NCBI GenBank assembly: GCA_947630195.1
Contig: CANRGQ010000002.1
Coordinates: 1 to 37,867, forward strand
Source: an uncultured Bacilli bacterium
GTDB lineage: Bacteria; Bacillota_I; Bacilli_A; RF39; UBA660
Length of the DNA stretch: 37,867 bases
Direction: 5' to 3'
Positions 25,390-34,882 of the stretch are shown here, piece by piece (positions within the stretch are counted from its first letter, which is position 1; each line of letters begins with the position of its first letter). The position numbers and the translations under genes were made by a program. The notes under the pieces are model-generated. The model ran no database searches, was not told the origin of the DNA, and was given only the letters and a program-made list of their open reading frames with translations.

Positions 25390-25412
25390 GAATAAAATAA
25401 ATCCTACTTTTT
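25385..25412 (+). terminator. rho-independent terminator
   Basis: AGTAGGA-(10)-TCCTACT is followed by TTTTT. It overlaps the stop codon. Confidence 0.7.
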
Positions 25413-25448
25413 AAATTATTAACAATTAGGTATAATAAACCATTTATA

Positions 25449-26595
25449 TTATTCTACATTGATTATAAATGGATCACTTTCAGTTCCTCCACCTGATAGT
25501 TTAACCTCGGATGTTAGATAGAAGACTGGGCGAACCGCATACTTTAGGGTCCCAAAGCCATTCGAACTGTCTAAGAGTCCCCCCAAGCGGTCGCTCGAAT
25601 TGGTCACAAGCCACTCATAGTAAGAGCTGCCGAAGTACTTCTGGCCATACCTAGTCATGGTCCATTCGTTACTATAACTATATGTTGAACTACTACTTAA
25701 TCCATGTGTTATATGTAACCAACTATTAGTATTTTTTGCATATGTCCATGAATTGTAATAATCTCCCGCATACATTAATCCTACTCGATATTTTCCACTT
25801 GTTTTTGGCTTTGCTTCTACTCCACTTGATGTTGCGTTTGTTCTATCTCCTTTCCACCAATTTACTTCTGCTATATATGGTTTTATTCTTGCATCTATTG
25901 TACTTCCTGTATAAAATGTACTATTTAAGTATGTTCTCACTGTATTACTTCCATTATCCCAATCTATATTTGAAAATTGATCTGTCGACCATGCTTGACT
26001 TGTATTTGATGGTGTGGCCTTTATTACTTTTAACATTCCTGCTTTTAATCCTAGTGTACTTTCTTCTTTTCCGTCGGTTACTCCGATTATGCGATACATA
26101 TTATCAGTATTTGTTTTACATACATCTGGATTTTCATCTCCTAGGCATATGTAATTATTTGTTACTTCTTCATATGTTCCTTTATATCTATATAATCCGT
26201 CTACTACTGTTGTATGGTCTCCTCCTCCCGCAAATGTATCTCCCCCTGTTTCTTTTAACATATCTAATACTGGTTTGGACTCTTGTTTAACAAAGTTTCC
26301 AACTTTACCTGTAAATATTGGAACTGCTCCAGAATCATAACTATAATAAGCATGGGTATTTTTAATTACCACATTAATTAATACCATAACAAAAACCACT
26401 AATACAGATATTCCTAATATTAGTTCTCCTTTAGTTAGTTTTTCTTTTATATTATTAAGTTTATCTTTTAAATTATTAGGTATGAATGCTAAAGATATTA
26501 GGGTGTTACAATAACCCCCCCCCGATTTGGGTATTTAAAACTACTAATGCAATTATTGCTACATATAAAACTATTCTTTTAATTTTTTTCTTCAT
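25449..26595 (-). pseudogene. secreted/surface protein gene interrupted by a frameshift at a G9 tract (phase-variable or OFF-state gene)
   Basis: Promoter TTGACT-17-TATTAT, RBS AAAGAGGT and the ATG at 26595 open a 24-codon signal-like ORF. It enters G9 (26515-26523) and stops 3 codons later. The -1 frame is open from the tract into the 316-aa ORF. The C-terminal domain ends with a W...AVRPVFYL motif. Confidence 0.65.
26515..26523 (-). repeat. homopolymeric G9 (C9 on the plus strand) tract inside the coding sequence
   Basis: Counted directly: 26515-26523 are all C on the plus strand. This is the only G/C run of this length that I noticed in the window. Confidence 0.95.
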
Positions 26596-26705
26596 ATACA
26601 TACCTCTTTTATATTATTAATTATTTATCTTCTTTTTATACTAATGTTGTAAATACCGAATGTTAATTACAAAATAAAAATAATATTCTTCTACCTTACA
26701 TTTAA

Positions 26706-26734
26706 ATAATATCTCAAAATATGCCACAAGTCAA
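26706..26734 (-). promoter_or_regulatory. sigma-A promoter (TTGACT-17-TATTAT) of the G9-tract gene
   Basis: Read directly on the minus strand: -35 at 26729-26734 and -10 at 26706-26711. Confidence 0.6.
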
Positions 26735-26768
26735 TATCTCATAGAGTAAATTTTAAAAATATAACATT

Positions 26769-26795
26769 AAAAAAAGAATGAAATCTCTTTCACTC
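26769..26795 (-). terminator. rho-independent terminator after the 690-aa membrane protein gene
   Basis: GAGUGAAA-GAGA-UUUCAUUC (8 bp including one G.U pair) is followed by U7 on the minus strand. Confidence 0.75.
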
Positions 26796-26812
26796 AATTT
26801 ATTAAATTTTAA

Positions 26813-28885
26813 TTATAACCAAAACATAAATAAATAATACATCTTATAGTATATTAGATTAATTAAACTATTATTGAATGATTCTTTATCTAAGAAGATG
26901 GTAAAGAAATTAAAGATTAAACTAATCACAATAAAGGTAACAATTAATTTTTTATAATCTATTTTGAAATTTCTACTATTAACTAGAGATAAGATAACAA
27001 TTATGGTACTCAAGGATATTAACCAACCAAAGTCCGATAAATATCTTGGTAAAATCCCCGCCATTTGGGTATCCGCTAAAACAACAAGTAAGGCACTTAT
27101 AATTAAAGTTAAACAAATATTATATAATACTTTATTATTAATAACTTTCTTAAATTTGAAAAAGCATAACCCAAGCAAAGTAATTAAATTAATAAAGAAG
27201 AATCCCCCATACATATCCTCGAATATTGTTACTCCCACATAAGAAGTTAAAACCTCATCACTCATGACAAATGGGAATACTAAAGATATTCTTCCTGGGG
27301 CAAATAAGAAATAATATAATCCTAAGAATATTCTATCAAATCTAAATCCTCTTTTAGTCATATCATTAGTGGTTAAATTATAATTAGCTCCAAAATCAAA
27401 GATACTTCCAAACCTCGCATAATTATAATACATGATAAATAAAGCCACAATGACAAAAGGAAGACATAAACATAAAGTTTCTTTTAGACTACTTTTCGAA
27501 AATAATTCTCTTTTTTTAAAGACATAATCCCAGAATATTGGTAGTCCTAAGAAAGACCCAACGAGTAACTGTGGACGACAACCCGCTACCAAAGCCATAC
27601 ATAAACTACCTAAAGCTAAATATTTTTTATTTAATTTTTTATCATTGGTACTTTTAAACCAAAAAGACAGTCCTAAATAAGAAAAACTTAACCCAAAAAT
27701 AATTGGCAAATTATAGAATGTTGGTTCCGCACTAAAAACAAATAATCCCGATGTCACCAGTAAAAATAAACTTAGTAACTGATACCAAATAAAACTTGTT
27801 TTCGGAAAGTATTTTTTAATTAACGTATACATAAATTTATAAACCGCAATTAGTAAGAATATTAAAGAAATAGACATCGCTATATAATTAGGTAAATCAC
27901 TATGGGTAATTAATCTAAATGGTAAATAAATAAGTAGACATGGAATAATCCCAAAATAAGAATAATATTTTTGATTATAATAAGCATAATCCCAATAATA
28001 ATCTTTATAAGGTTTTAAATAATTATCTCGATAACTTATATCATAAGGATTTTCTAATTCTTTTAATTTATCACTTACTTTTAAATCTAAATAAAAGTGT
28101 CCTTTACTTAAAGCTTTAGCTAAATTTTTATATTGCGAATATTGACTAGTTTCGTTATCATTATAGCTTTTAGCGCACAACAATGTATTCGAACATAACA
28201 CTAAACCTAAGATACTTATAATAACCACTGTTATTACTTTAACCTTTTTAAAATCAAATTTTAATTCATATAAAATACTTTTTGGATTAATAATAAAAAT
28301 TAATAAACTAAAAATAAAGGTTAATAATAATCTTAAATTATTAATAAACATTGGTACTTCTTTATTTATTTTAATTTCATTAATGGTAAAGTTATTATTA
28401 TCCTCTAGAATAGTTAATCTTAAAACTTCACTCTTACCAGAAGTATGCATTCTTATATAATGGCTTTCTTCGATATTATTAACATAATATCTACTACCAC
28501 CATAAGCATAAAGTTTATTGGCTTCATCCGTAAAATCAATCTTATATTTTAAATATAAGTTATCCTTACTTTGAATATCTAAATATAAATTATGAATCTT
28601 TCTATCAATATTAAATATTTCAATATAAGCATTCTCTTTATCCGTAACATGACAAACACTATCACAAGTAATTCCAAATAAATTATAACTTACAAGTTCT
28701 TTCTCATCTTTAAAAATTAAAGACTCATAATGCCGATAATTAAATATAGTAACTTCTAATAATGAAGATATAATTAAAGAATATATTACATAACGAAAAA
28801 AAGTCTTTAAATATTTATTCTTATAAACATTAAATCTATCTAAAAATATTAAAATAATTATTCCAATAATAAAAACTAGTAACAT
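26813..28885 (-). CDS. large polytopic membrane protein, possibly a GT-C-fold (ArnT/PMT-like) glycosyltransferase with an inserted extracytoplasmic domain
   Basis: The 690-aa product has 12 or more hydrophobic helices. A soluble insert of about 130 aa follows TM2. The loop ENPYDISYRDNYL...YWDYAYYNQKYYSYFG is reminiscent of carrier-lipid-dependent glycosyltransferases. The family call is tentative. Confidence 0.4.
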   Translation of the reverse strand: MLLVFIIGIIILIFLDRFNVYKNKYLKTFFRYVIYSLIISSLLEVTIFNYRHYESLIFKDEKELVSYNLFGITCDSVCHVTDKENAYIEIFNIDRKIHNLYLDIQSKDNLYLKYKIDFTDEANKLYAYGGSRYYVNNIEESHYIRMHTSGKSEVLRLTILEDNNNFTINEIKINKEVPMFINNLRLLLTFIFSLLIFIINPKSILYELKFDFKKVKVITVVIISILGLVLCSNTLLCAKSYNDNETSQYSQYKNLAKALSKGHFYLDLKVSDKLKELENPYDISYRDNYLKPYKDYYWDYAYYNQKYYSYFGIIPCLLIYLPFRLITHSDLPNYIAMSISLIFLLIAVYKFMYTLIKKYFPKTSFIWYQLLSLFLLVTSGLFVFSAEPTFYNLPIIFGLSFSYLGLSFWFKSTNDKKLNKKYLALGSLCMALVAGCRPQLLVGSFLGLPIFWDYVFKKRELFSKSSLKETLCLCLPFVIVALFIMYYNYARFGSIFDFGANYNLTTNDMTKRGFRFDRIFLGLYYFLFAPGRISLVFPFVMSDEVLTSYVGVTIFEDMYGGFFFINLITLLGLCFFKFKKVINNKVLYNICLTLIISALLVVLADTQMAGILPRYLSDFGWLISLSTIIVILSLVNSRNFKIDYKKLIVTFIVISLIFNFFTIFLDKESFNNSLINLIYYKMYYLFMFWL

Positions 28886-28945
28886 TTAAATCACCCATTA
28901 AATTATTTCTCTTTAATTATAGTTTATCTTAATTATAATTACAAC

Positions 28946-28971
28946 TAAAAAAAGTGAAATTAAATTCACTT
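28946..28971 (-). terminator. rho-independent terminator
   Basis: AGTGAA-(6)-TTCACT is followed by a T-run on the minus strand. Confidence 0.6.
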
Positions 28972-29847
28972 TTAAATCTCAATAAGTTCGTAATCTCTAG
29001 TGCCAATTCCAAGTTCTTCCGCAGCCTCAATGGTATGTAGTCCATGTCTAGAATTAATTCTTTCCATTAAATGGTCCCGACCTGGGTCATTAGAATTTTT
29101 AACTAAATCAATACAAGCTTCATCGATTGCTACAGGATCTGTTGAGGCCAAAATTCCAATATCCTTCATACAAGGGTCCTCTGCTACATTACAGCAATCA
29201 CAATCAACTGACATATTAGCCATTACATTAATATAAACAATATTATCTTTAAAATGATTAACTACAGAAGATGCGGCATCAGCCATAGATTCTAAGAATT
29301 TAATTTGGTCGGCCGTAAACATATCTTCATAACTAGCCCCTTCTTTACCATGGCAATGAATATATCTCTTACCTTTAGAAGATGCGATACCAATTGATAA
29401 TTGTTTTAAAGCTCCACCAAAGCCACCCATAGGATGTCCTTTAAAATGGGATAGAACTAACATTGAATCGTAATTAAGTAAATTCTTACCAACGTAATTC
29501 TTCTTGATAACCTTACCATTTGGAATATCTAAAGTAATGTCTTCTTCACTATCCATAATATCAACATTAAAATATTTACTCCATTCGTGTTCTTTCATTA
29601 ATTCTAAATGTTTTTCAGTCGTGTCTCTGGCTCCATCATAAGCGGTATTACATTCCACAACTGTTCCATTTACGTGTTCAATCATTGGTTTCATAAATTC
29701 TGGTCTTAAATAATTTTGATTACCTCTTTCACCAGAATGAACTTTAACTGCTACTTTTCCTTCTAATTTTCTTCCTAAAGCCTCATACATTCTTACGACA
29801 GCCTCAGGAGTTAATTCTTTTGTAAAATATACTTTTGCTTTTTCCAT
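28972..29847 (-). CDS. DUF362-family protein (putative Fe-S associated)
   Basis: KVYFTKELTPEAVVRMYEALG...VAVKVHSGERGN...VECNTAY and a C-terminal CDCC..C cluster resemble DUF362 as I recall it. Confidence 0.5.
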   Translation of the reverse strand: MEKAKVYFTKELTPEAVVRMYEALGRKLEGKVAVKVHSGERGNQNYLRPEFMKPMIEHVNGTVVECNTAYDGARDTTEKHLELMKEHEWSKYFNVDIMDSEEDITLDIPNGKVIKKNYVGKNLLNYDSMLVLSHFKGHPMGGFGGALKQLSIGIASSKGKRYIHCHGKEGASYEDMFTADQIKFLESMADAASSVVNHFKDNIVYINVMANMSVDCDCCNVAEDPCMKDIGILASTDPVAIDEACIDLVKNSNDPGRDHLMERINSRHGLHTIEAAEELGIGTRDYELIEI

Positions 29848-29851
29848 AAAT

Positions 29852-30658
29852 TTATTCCTTTCTATTTTTTACTTCTAAATAATCTCCTGGTACCGAAATA
29901 CCCTCACTATCATAACCTTCTTTTAAATATTCCATAAATTTTCGGTTAATATTAAATTGACTTTCCGGTGCACATTCAATTAATACTTTATAATAATATT
30001 TATTTCCATCCATTCTTTCAATACCTAAAAGTTCCATATCTTTAGTTACTTCTTTAATATTTTGCATTTTTTTATTTACTTTATGTAAAATACTTTCTAA
30101 GGTTTTTAAAGATACTTCTTTTTGAACAGGAAACTCAATATAAAGTAAATTATTATACATACTATGATTAATAACACTTGTAATAAGCGAATTATTAATA
30201 ATCATAACTTCACCACTGTAGGATTTTAACTTTGTGGTTTGAAGTCCTAGCTCAATAACTTCACCTCTAAAACCATTAATGGTAACCACATCACCTTGCA
30301 TATAATGATTATCAAAGATTATGGCAATTCCCGATAATAAATTTTTAATGGTATCTTGAAACGCTAAACCAATGATAGCTCCCGCTATACCTAAAGATGC
30401 AATAATACTCGTTGTTTCAATCCCATAAACTCCTAAAATAGCTAAAATTGTAAATATGGCTATAATGTATTTGACAATACTTTTAATTAAATTAACAATA
30501 GTTGCTTCTCTTTTTTGATGTAAACTAGAGGTTTTAACTTTCCTCTTAACTTTTAAGGCCTTCGTAATTATCTTATTAATTATAAAATAAATTAAGAAAG
30601 CAATTCCCAAATAAATAATGGGCAAATAGACCTTGGGTACTAATATCTTTTTTAACAT
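29852..30658 (-). CDS. small-conductance mechanosensitive channel (MscS family)
   Basis: Three TM helices are followed by LGIAGAIIGLAFQDTIKNLLSGIAIIFDNHYMQGDVVTING..GEV, which is the MscS pore/beta-domain signature. Confidence 0.85.
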   Translation of the reverse strand: MLKKILVPKVYLPIIYLGIAFLIYFIINKIITKALKVKRKVKTSSLHQKREATIVNLIKSIVKYIIAIFTILAILGVYGIETTSIIASLGIAGAIIGLAFQDTIKNLLSGIAIIFDNHYMQGDVVTINGFRGEVIELGLQTTKLKSYSGEVMIINNSLITSVINHSMYNNLLYIEFPVQKEVSLKTLESILHKVNKKMQNIKEVTKDMELLGIERMDGNKYYYKVLIECAPESQFNINRKFMEYLKEGYDSEGISVPGDYLEVKNRKE

Positions 30659-30695
30659 TTCTCACCTTTAATAAAATAAGCCATATTACTACAGC

Positions 30696-31358
30696 CTATT
30701 TATTTTCTTTCTTTTTAGTACTACTCTTTTTACTTTTTTTACTCTTAGTTTTTTCGAAATCTTCGATATCTTCTTTTATTTCGCTAACTTCGCCTTCAAT
30801 TATATCAGATGCCGTATCAATTGCTTCATTTACTTCTTTTTGGAACTTATCTTCTTCATAACCTAATATGCCATAACTTACTAAATCAATTAAAGCATAG
30901 ATAATCATAAATAAGCCCATAATAGCAAGTGGCATGTTAGATACTAATATAGTATATAAACCAATTCCTATTAAGATAACTCCTAAAACAAGAAGGGTAT
31001 AAAATCTTGTTCCTCGATCATTAGTATAGAATGTTTGCATAATCTTACCAAGACCAGCTCCAATTACCCAAATACCCACAATAATTCTTAGTAAGAACTC
31101 AATGGTACTTGCTAGGAATATTAAAAGGATACCTAAAACCATTGCCGTAATGCCAAATGCTAGTTCATTACGGTTAACTACTTGTGTTCTTTTATTTTGA
31201 ACATAATAACTTAATGTTCTATAAGCTCCAATAGCAAGCATTATACCTCCAAATAAATAAGATACAAATTTAATAACGGCATCAGGTTTAATAAATAACA
31301 TAATACCCACAATTAAAAATACTATGGAACTAAAAATTGATGTTCTATATTTTTTCAT
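30696..31358 (-). CDS. HdeD/DUF308-like membrane protein with a Lys-rich tail
   Basis: It has six hydrophobic helices with a repeated GxxxxxxG(I)xxI pattern typical of DUF308, and a C-terminal KSKKSKKSSTKKKENK tail. Confidence 0.55.
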   Translation of the reverse strand: MKKYRTSIFSSIVFLIVGIMLFIKPDAVIKFVSYLFGGIMLAIGAYRTLSYYVQNKRTQVVNRNELAFGITAMVLGILLIFLASTIEFLLRIIVGIWVIGAGLGKIMQTFYTNDRGTRFYTLLVLGVILIGIGLYTILVSNMPLAIMGLFMIIYALIDLVSYGILGYEEDKFQKEVNEAIDTASDIIEGEVSEIKEDIEDFEKTKSKKSKKSSTKKKENK

Positions 31359-31446
31359 TTAATTCACCTCTAATTTAATTATACAATTAAATGTATTTTA
31401 CAGCAATTAAAAAATTGAGAAAACCCCAATTTTTCATTATTATTTA

Positions 31447-31851
31447 TTATTTAATTTTTTTATTAATCTCAGTTGTATTTTTCCAAATCATAATATTTAC
31501 TAAAATGCTTTCAAAGACAACTCTTAAAACTAAGTTACCAAAAATTAATGTAAAGATAAAGCCAAAGAAACTAGTTGTAATTAATTCAAATGAAATTAAA
31601 GTAATAAAAATGGCTAAAACAATATATATAATTTTTAGTAAATCTTCAATTAACATTTTCTTAAATGATAAGAAGTTTTTACAAGCATCTAAGAACTTAT
31701 TATTTACTTTTTTGTTAGTATTAACAAATAAATAATATAAAACAATTCCTCCGATTATGGCTATTACTAAAGCCACAATGCCCCAAACTCCTATAGAAGG
31801 AATAGATGGTGTCGAAGTAACTGTTTCTTCATATCCTGGATAATAATACAT
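31447..31851 (-). CDS. small membrane protein (function unknown)
   Basis: The start is taken at the ATG at 31851, 8 nt after an AAAGGAGA RBS. There are three predicted TM helices. Confidence 0.5.
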   Translation of the reverse strand: MYYYPGYEETVTSTPSIPSIGVWGIVALVIAIIGGIVLYYLFVNTNKKVNNKFLDACKNFLSFKKMLIEDLLKIIYIVLAIFITLISFELITTSFFGFIFTLIFGNLVLRVVFESILVNIMIWKNTTEINKKIK

Positions 31852-31957
31852 AAGATAATCTCCTTTCATTTTCATTATACAATTAAATGCCTTTTTATTC
31901 AATTTAAAATTAATGAAAATAAATTAAAAATTTTTGTGTAAAAAAGTGTAAAAAAAG

Positions 31958-31986
31958 ATTGACAAATTGCCATAAATCGATTAAGA
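31958..31986 (+). promoter_or_regulatory. sigma-A promoter (TTGACA-17-TAAGAT) driving the candidate sRNA
   Basis: Read directly. An A-rich UP-like region with a duplicated GTGTAAAAAA lies just upstream. Confidence 0.6.
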
Positions 31987-31992
31987 TAGCAA

Positions 31993-32084
31993 GTACCAAT
32001 TCGGAAAAATCCGTTTTGGTGCTAGTATCACACTAGTCAACCCCTTTTTATTCTTTGAGGCTATGCAAATAGCCTCGTTTTTTT
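31993..32084 (+). ncRNA. candidate about 90-nt small RNA / uvrB leader (promoter to intrinsic terminator, no ORF)
   Basis: Hairpin 1 is AGUACCAAUUCGGA-AAAA-UCCGUUUUGGUGCU and contains a U.G pair, so it favours the plus strand. Hairpin 2 is CUAGU-AUCAC-ACUAG. An unpaired CAACCCCUUUUU segment follows, and then the terminator. Confidence 0.4.
32057..32084 (+). terminator. rho-independent terminator
   Basis: GAGGCTAT-GCAA-ATAGCCTC (8 bp with a GNRA-like loop) is followed by G plus T7. Confidence 0.85.
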
Positions 32085-32177
32085 GAAATTTTTTATTAAT
32101 TATTACGAAATATATATAAAAGACAGTTTTTGTTGTATAATATAAATGTTTAAAAAGCGTTAAAGAAGGTGTTATTT

Positions 32178-34133
32178 ATGTTTGAACTTGTATCGAAATA
32201 TAAACCTAGTGGGGACCAACCGGAAGCTATTAAAGAACTCGTTGAAGGCATCAAAGAAAACAAAAAACATCAAGTTTTACTCGGAGCCACTGGTACTGGT
32301 AAAACTTTTACGATTGCGAATGTCATAAAAGAAGTAAATAAACCTACTTTAGTTTTAGCGCATAATAAAACTTTAGCGGGACAACTTTATTCCGAGTTTA
32401 AAGAGTTATTTCCTAATAATCATGTGGAATATTTTGTCTCTTACTATGACTATTATCAACCCGAAGCCTATGTGCCTTCAAGTGATACTTATATTGAAAA
32501 AGACGCCTCCATTAATGATGAAATAGATGAACTTAGACATAGAGCCACTAGTGCTTTAATTAACCATCGGGATGTAATTGTCGTAGCCTCAGTTTCTTGT
32601 ATTTATGGTATTGGGGAAAAAGATGAATACGAAAAAAATATGCTAGTTTTAAATCTTGGAGATACTATCAACCGCAATACCATTATTACAAAACTTGTCG
32701 ATATGACTTATGAGCGAAGTGATTTAGATTTCCACCGGGGGACCTTTAGAGTAAGAGGTAATTCTATTGATATCGTTCCGGTCAATGAAAAAGAGTCAGG
32801 GATTAGAATTGAATTATTTGATGATGTGGTGGATGCTATAACGGTATTTGATCCATTAACCGGTGTTGTTAAAGAAAGTAAAAAATCAATTGCGATATCT
32901 CCGGCATCCCACTTTGTAACTAGTCCTGAAAAATTAGAAGAAGCCATTAGAAGAATTGAAAAAGAAAAAGAAGAAAGACTAAAATATTTTCATGAAAACG
33001 GTAAATTTATTGAAGAACAAAGACTAAGAGAAAGAGTTAATTATGATTTAGAAATGTTAAGAGAAACAGGTTATTGTAATGGCGTGGAAAACTATTCAAG
33101 ACACCTTGCCTTAAGAGGAGAAGGCGTAACTCCAACCTGCTTAATTGACTTTATGCCGGATGATTTTTTAATGGTTATTGATGAATCGCATGTAACCATT
33201 CCCCAAGTAAGAGGAATGTATAATGGAGACAGAATGCGGAAACAAACCCTAGTGGATTATGGCTTTCGTCTTCCAAGTGCCCTTGATAATAGACCACTTA
33301 AATTTCCGGAATTTGAAAGTAAAATTAAAAATGCTATTTATGTATCAGCTACTCCTGGTGATTATGAACTGGAAAAAGTTAATCATGAGGTAGTGGAACA
33401 AATCATTAGACCAACAGGTCTTTTAGACCCAATTATTGAAGTCAGAGAAACCAAAGGGCAAATTGATGATATTATCGGGGAAATTAATAAAAGAAAAGCC
33501 GTTAATGAAAGAGTTTTAATTACCACTTTAACCATTAGAATGAGTGAAGAATTAACGAACTACTTAAAAGAAATGAATATCAAAGTAGCTTATCTTCATA
33601 ATGAAATAAAAACTTTAGAAAGATTAAAAATTATTCATGATTTAAGAATGGGTATTTATGATGTTGTAGTTGGAATTAACTTATTACGGGAAGGTATCGA
33701 TATACCTGAAGTTAGTCTAATATGTATCCTTGATGCCGATAAACAAGGTTTCTTAAGAAGTGACCGCAGTTTAATTCAAACAATTGGAAGATGCGCAAGA
33801 AACGAAAACGGAAAAGTTATTATGTATGCGGATACCATAAGTGAAGCTATGAATATTGCGATTACGGAAACCGAAAGAAGAAGAAAAGTTCAAGAAGAAT
33901 ATAATAAAGAGCATGGTATAACTCCTAAAACAATTATTAAAGAAATTAAAGAAGTAATTTCAAATAATATTGAAACACCAGATAAAAAGAAGAAAATGAG
34001 TAAGAAAGATGCTATTAATGCTATTCAAAGAATTGAAGAAGAAATGAGAGAAGCTGCTAAAGCCTTAGACTTTGAAAGAGCTATGGAACTTAGAGATATA
34101 TTATTTGAATTAAAAGGAGAAATGAAACTATGA
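32178..34133 (+). CDS. uvrB: excinuclease ABC subunit B
   Basis: [17 protein letters not shown], Walker [23 protein letters not shown] and the C-terminal UVR domain ([12 protein letters not shown]). The start is taken at the ATG at 32178, 8 nt after AAGAAGG. Confidence 0.97.
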   Translation: MFELVSKYKPSGDQPEAIKELVEGIKENKKHQVLLGATGTGKTFTIANVIKEVNKPTLVLAHNKTLAGQLYSEFKELFPNNHVEYFVSYYDYYQPEAYVPSSDTYIEKDASINDEIDELRHRATSALINHRDVIVVASVSCIYGIGEKDEYEKNMLVLNLGDTINRNTIITKLVDMTYERSDLDFHRGTFRVRGNSIDIVPVNEKESGIRIELFDDVVDAITVFDPLTGVVKESKKSIAISPASHFVTSPEKLEEAIRRIEKEKEERLKYFHENGKFIEEQRLRERVNYDLEMLRETGYCNGVENYSRHLALRGEGVTPTCLIDFMPDDFLMVIDESHVTIPQVRGMYNGDRMRKQTLVDYGFRLPSALDNRPLKFPEFESKIKNAIYVSATPGDYELEKVNHEVVEQIIRPTGLLDPIIEVRETKGQIDDIIGEINKRKAVNERVLITTLTIRMSEELTNYLKEMNIKVAYLHNEIKTLERLKIIHDLRMGIYDVVVGINLLREGIDIPEVSLICILDADKQGFLRSDRSLIQTIGRCARNENGKVIMYADTISEAMNIAITETERRRKVQEEYNKEHGITPKTIIKEIKEVISNNIETPDKKKKMSKKDAINAIQRIEEEMREAAKALDFERAMELRDILFELKGEMKL

Positions 34134-34882
34134 AAGCCCTTATAACTGGAGCTACTTCCGGTATTGGTCTTGATATGGCTAGATACTTAGATACTCTAGG
34201 AATAGATTTAATCTTAACCGGAAGAAGAGAAGAAAGACTAAAAAAGATTCAAAAAGAATTGCATAAGAAACCGAAAATTATTTCTTTAGATTTAAATAAA
34301 GAAGAAGATGTTTATAAATTATATGATAAAGTTAAAAAGGAAAATATTGATATTTTAATTAATAATGCTGGTTTTGGTTTATTCGGAGACTTCAATGAAA
34401 CTAATTTAGATAGGGAACTGGAAATGATTAATGTTAATATTAAAGCTCCGCATATTTTAACGAAATTATTTTTAAAAGATTTCCTTACAAAAGATAAAGG
34501 TTATATTTTAAATGTGGCTTCTTCTGCTGGTTTTATGGCAGGGCCTAATCTAAGTACATATTATGCTACGAAAAACTATTTAGCTAAACTTACCATGGCC
34601 ATAAATGAAGAATTAAGATGCCAAAAAGCAAATGTTAGTATTTCTTGTTTATGTCCCGGTCCGGTTAATACGGAATTTAATAAAGTTGCTAAAGGTAAAT
34701 TTTTGGTTAAAGGTGTTAGTAGTGAATATGTCGCTAAACTTGCTATAGATAAAATGTTTAAAAGAAAAATGCTTATTATTCCGACTTTAAAAATGAAATT
34801 AGCTTTATTTGGGATAAGATTTATTCCTTATCGTTTACAACTTATTATTACGCATCATATTCAGTTAAAGAAAAACAAATAA
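34130..34882 (+). CDS. short-chain dehydrogenase/reductase (SDR) family oxidoreductase
   Basis: It has [12 protein letters not shown] and YxxxK (YYATK) motifs. Its start overlaps the uvrB stop at an ATGA junction. Confidence 0.9.
   Translation: MKALITGATSGIGLDMARYLDTLGIDLILTGRREERLKKIQKELHKKPKIISLDLNKEEDVYKLYDKVKKENIDILINNAGFGLFGDFNETNLDRELEMINVNIKAPHILTKLFLKDFLTKDKGYILNVASSAGFMAGPNLSTYYATKNYLAKLTMAINEELRCQKANVSISCLCPGPVNTEFNKVAKGKFLVKGVSSEYVAKLAIDKMFKRKMLIIPTLKMKLALFGIRFIPYRLQLIITHHIQLKKNK

Noticed and set aside
25736-26290. 184-aa plus-strand ORF, extremely Leu/Phe/Tyr-rich (LLLHLMLRLFYLL...)
   Set aside because: It lies entirely antisense to the secreted-protein gene, whose purine-rich coding strand removes stop codons from the opposite strand. 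There is no RBS and the sequence is low-complexity, so I treat it as a compositional artefact.
26400-26470. Type IV prepilin-like signal in the G9-tract gene (…TKGELILGISVLVV…)
   Set aside because: The class III signal requires G followed by F/Y-T-L-x-E, with Glu at position +5. Here Glu is at +1 and no +5 Glu is present. The leader would also be more than 50 aa long. I treat it as an ordinary signal or anchor helix.
31391-31735. 114-aa plus-strand ORF overlapping the small membrane protein gene
   Set aside because: It is antisense to a minus-strand ORF that has a good RBS and a TM pattern. It is Ile/Lys/Phe-rich, as expected from AT-rich antisense sequence, and has no RBS.
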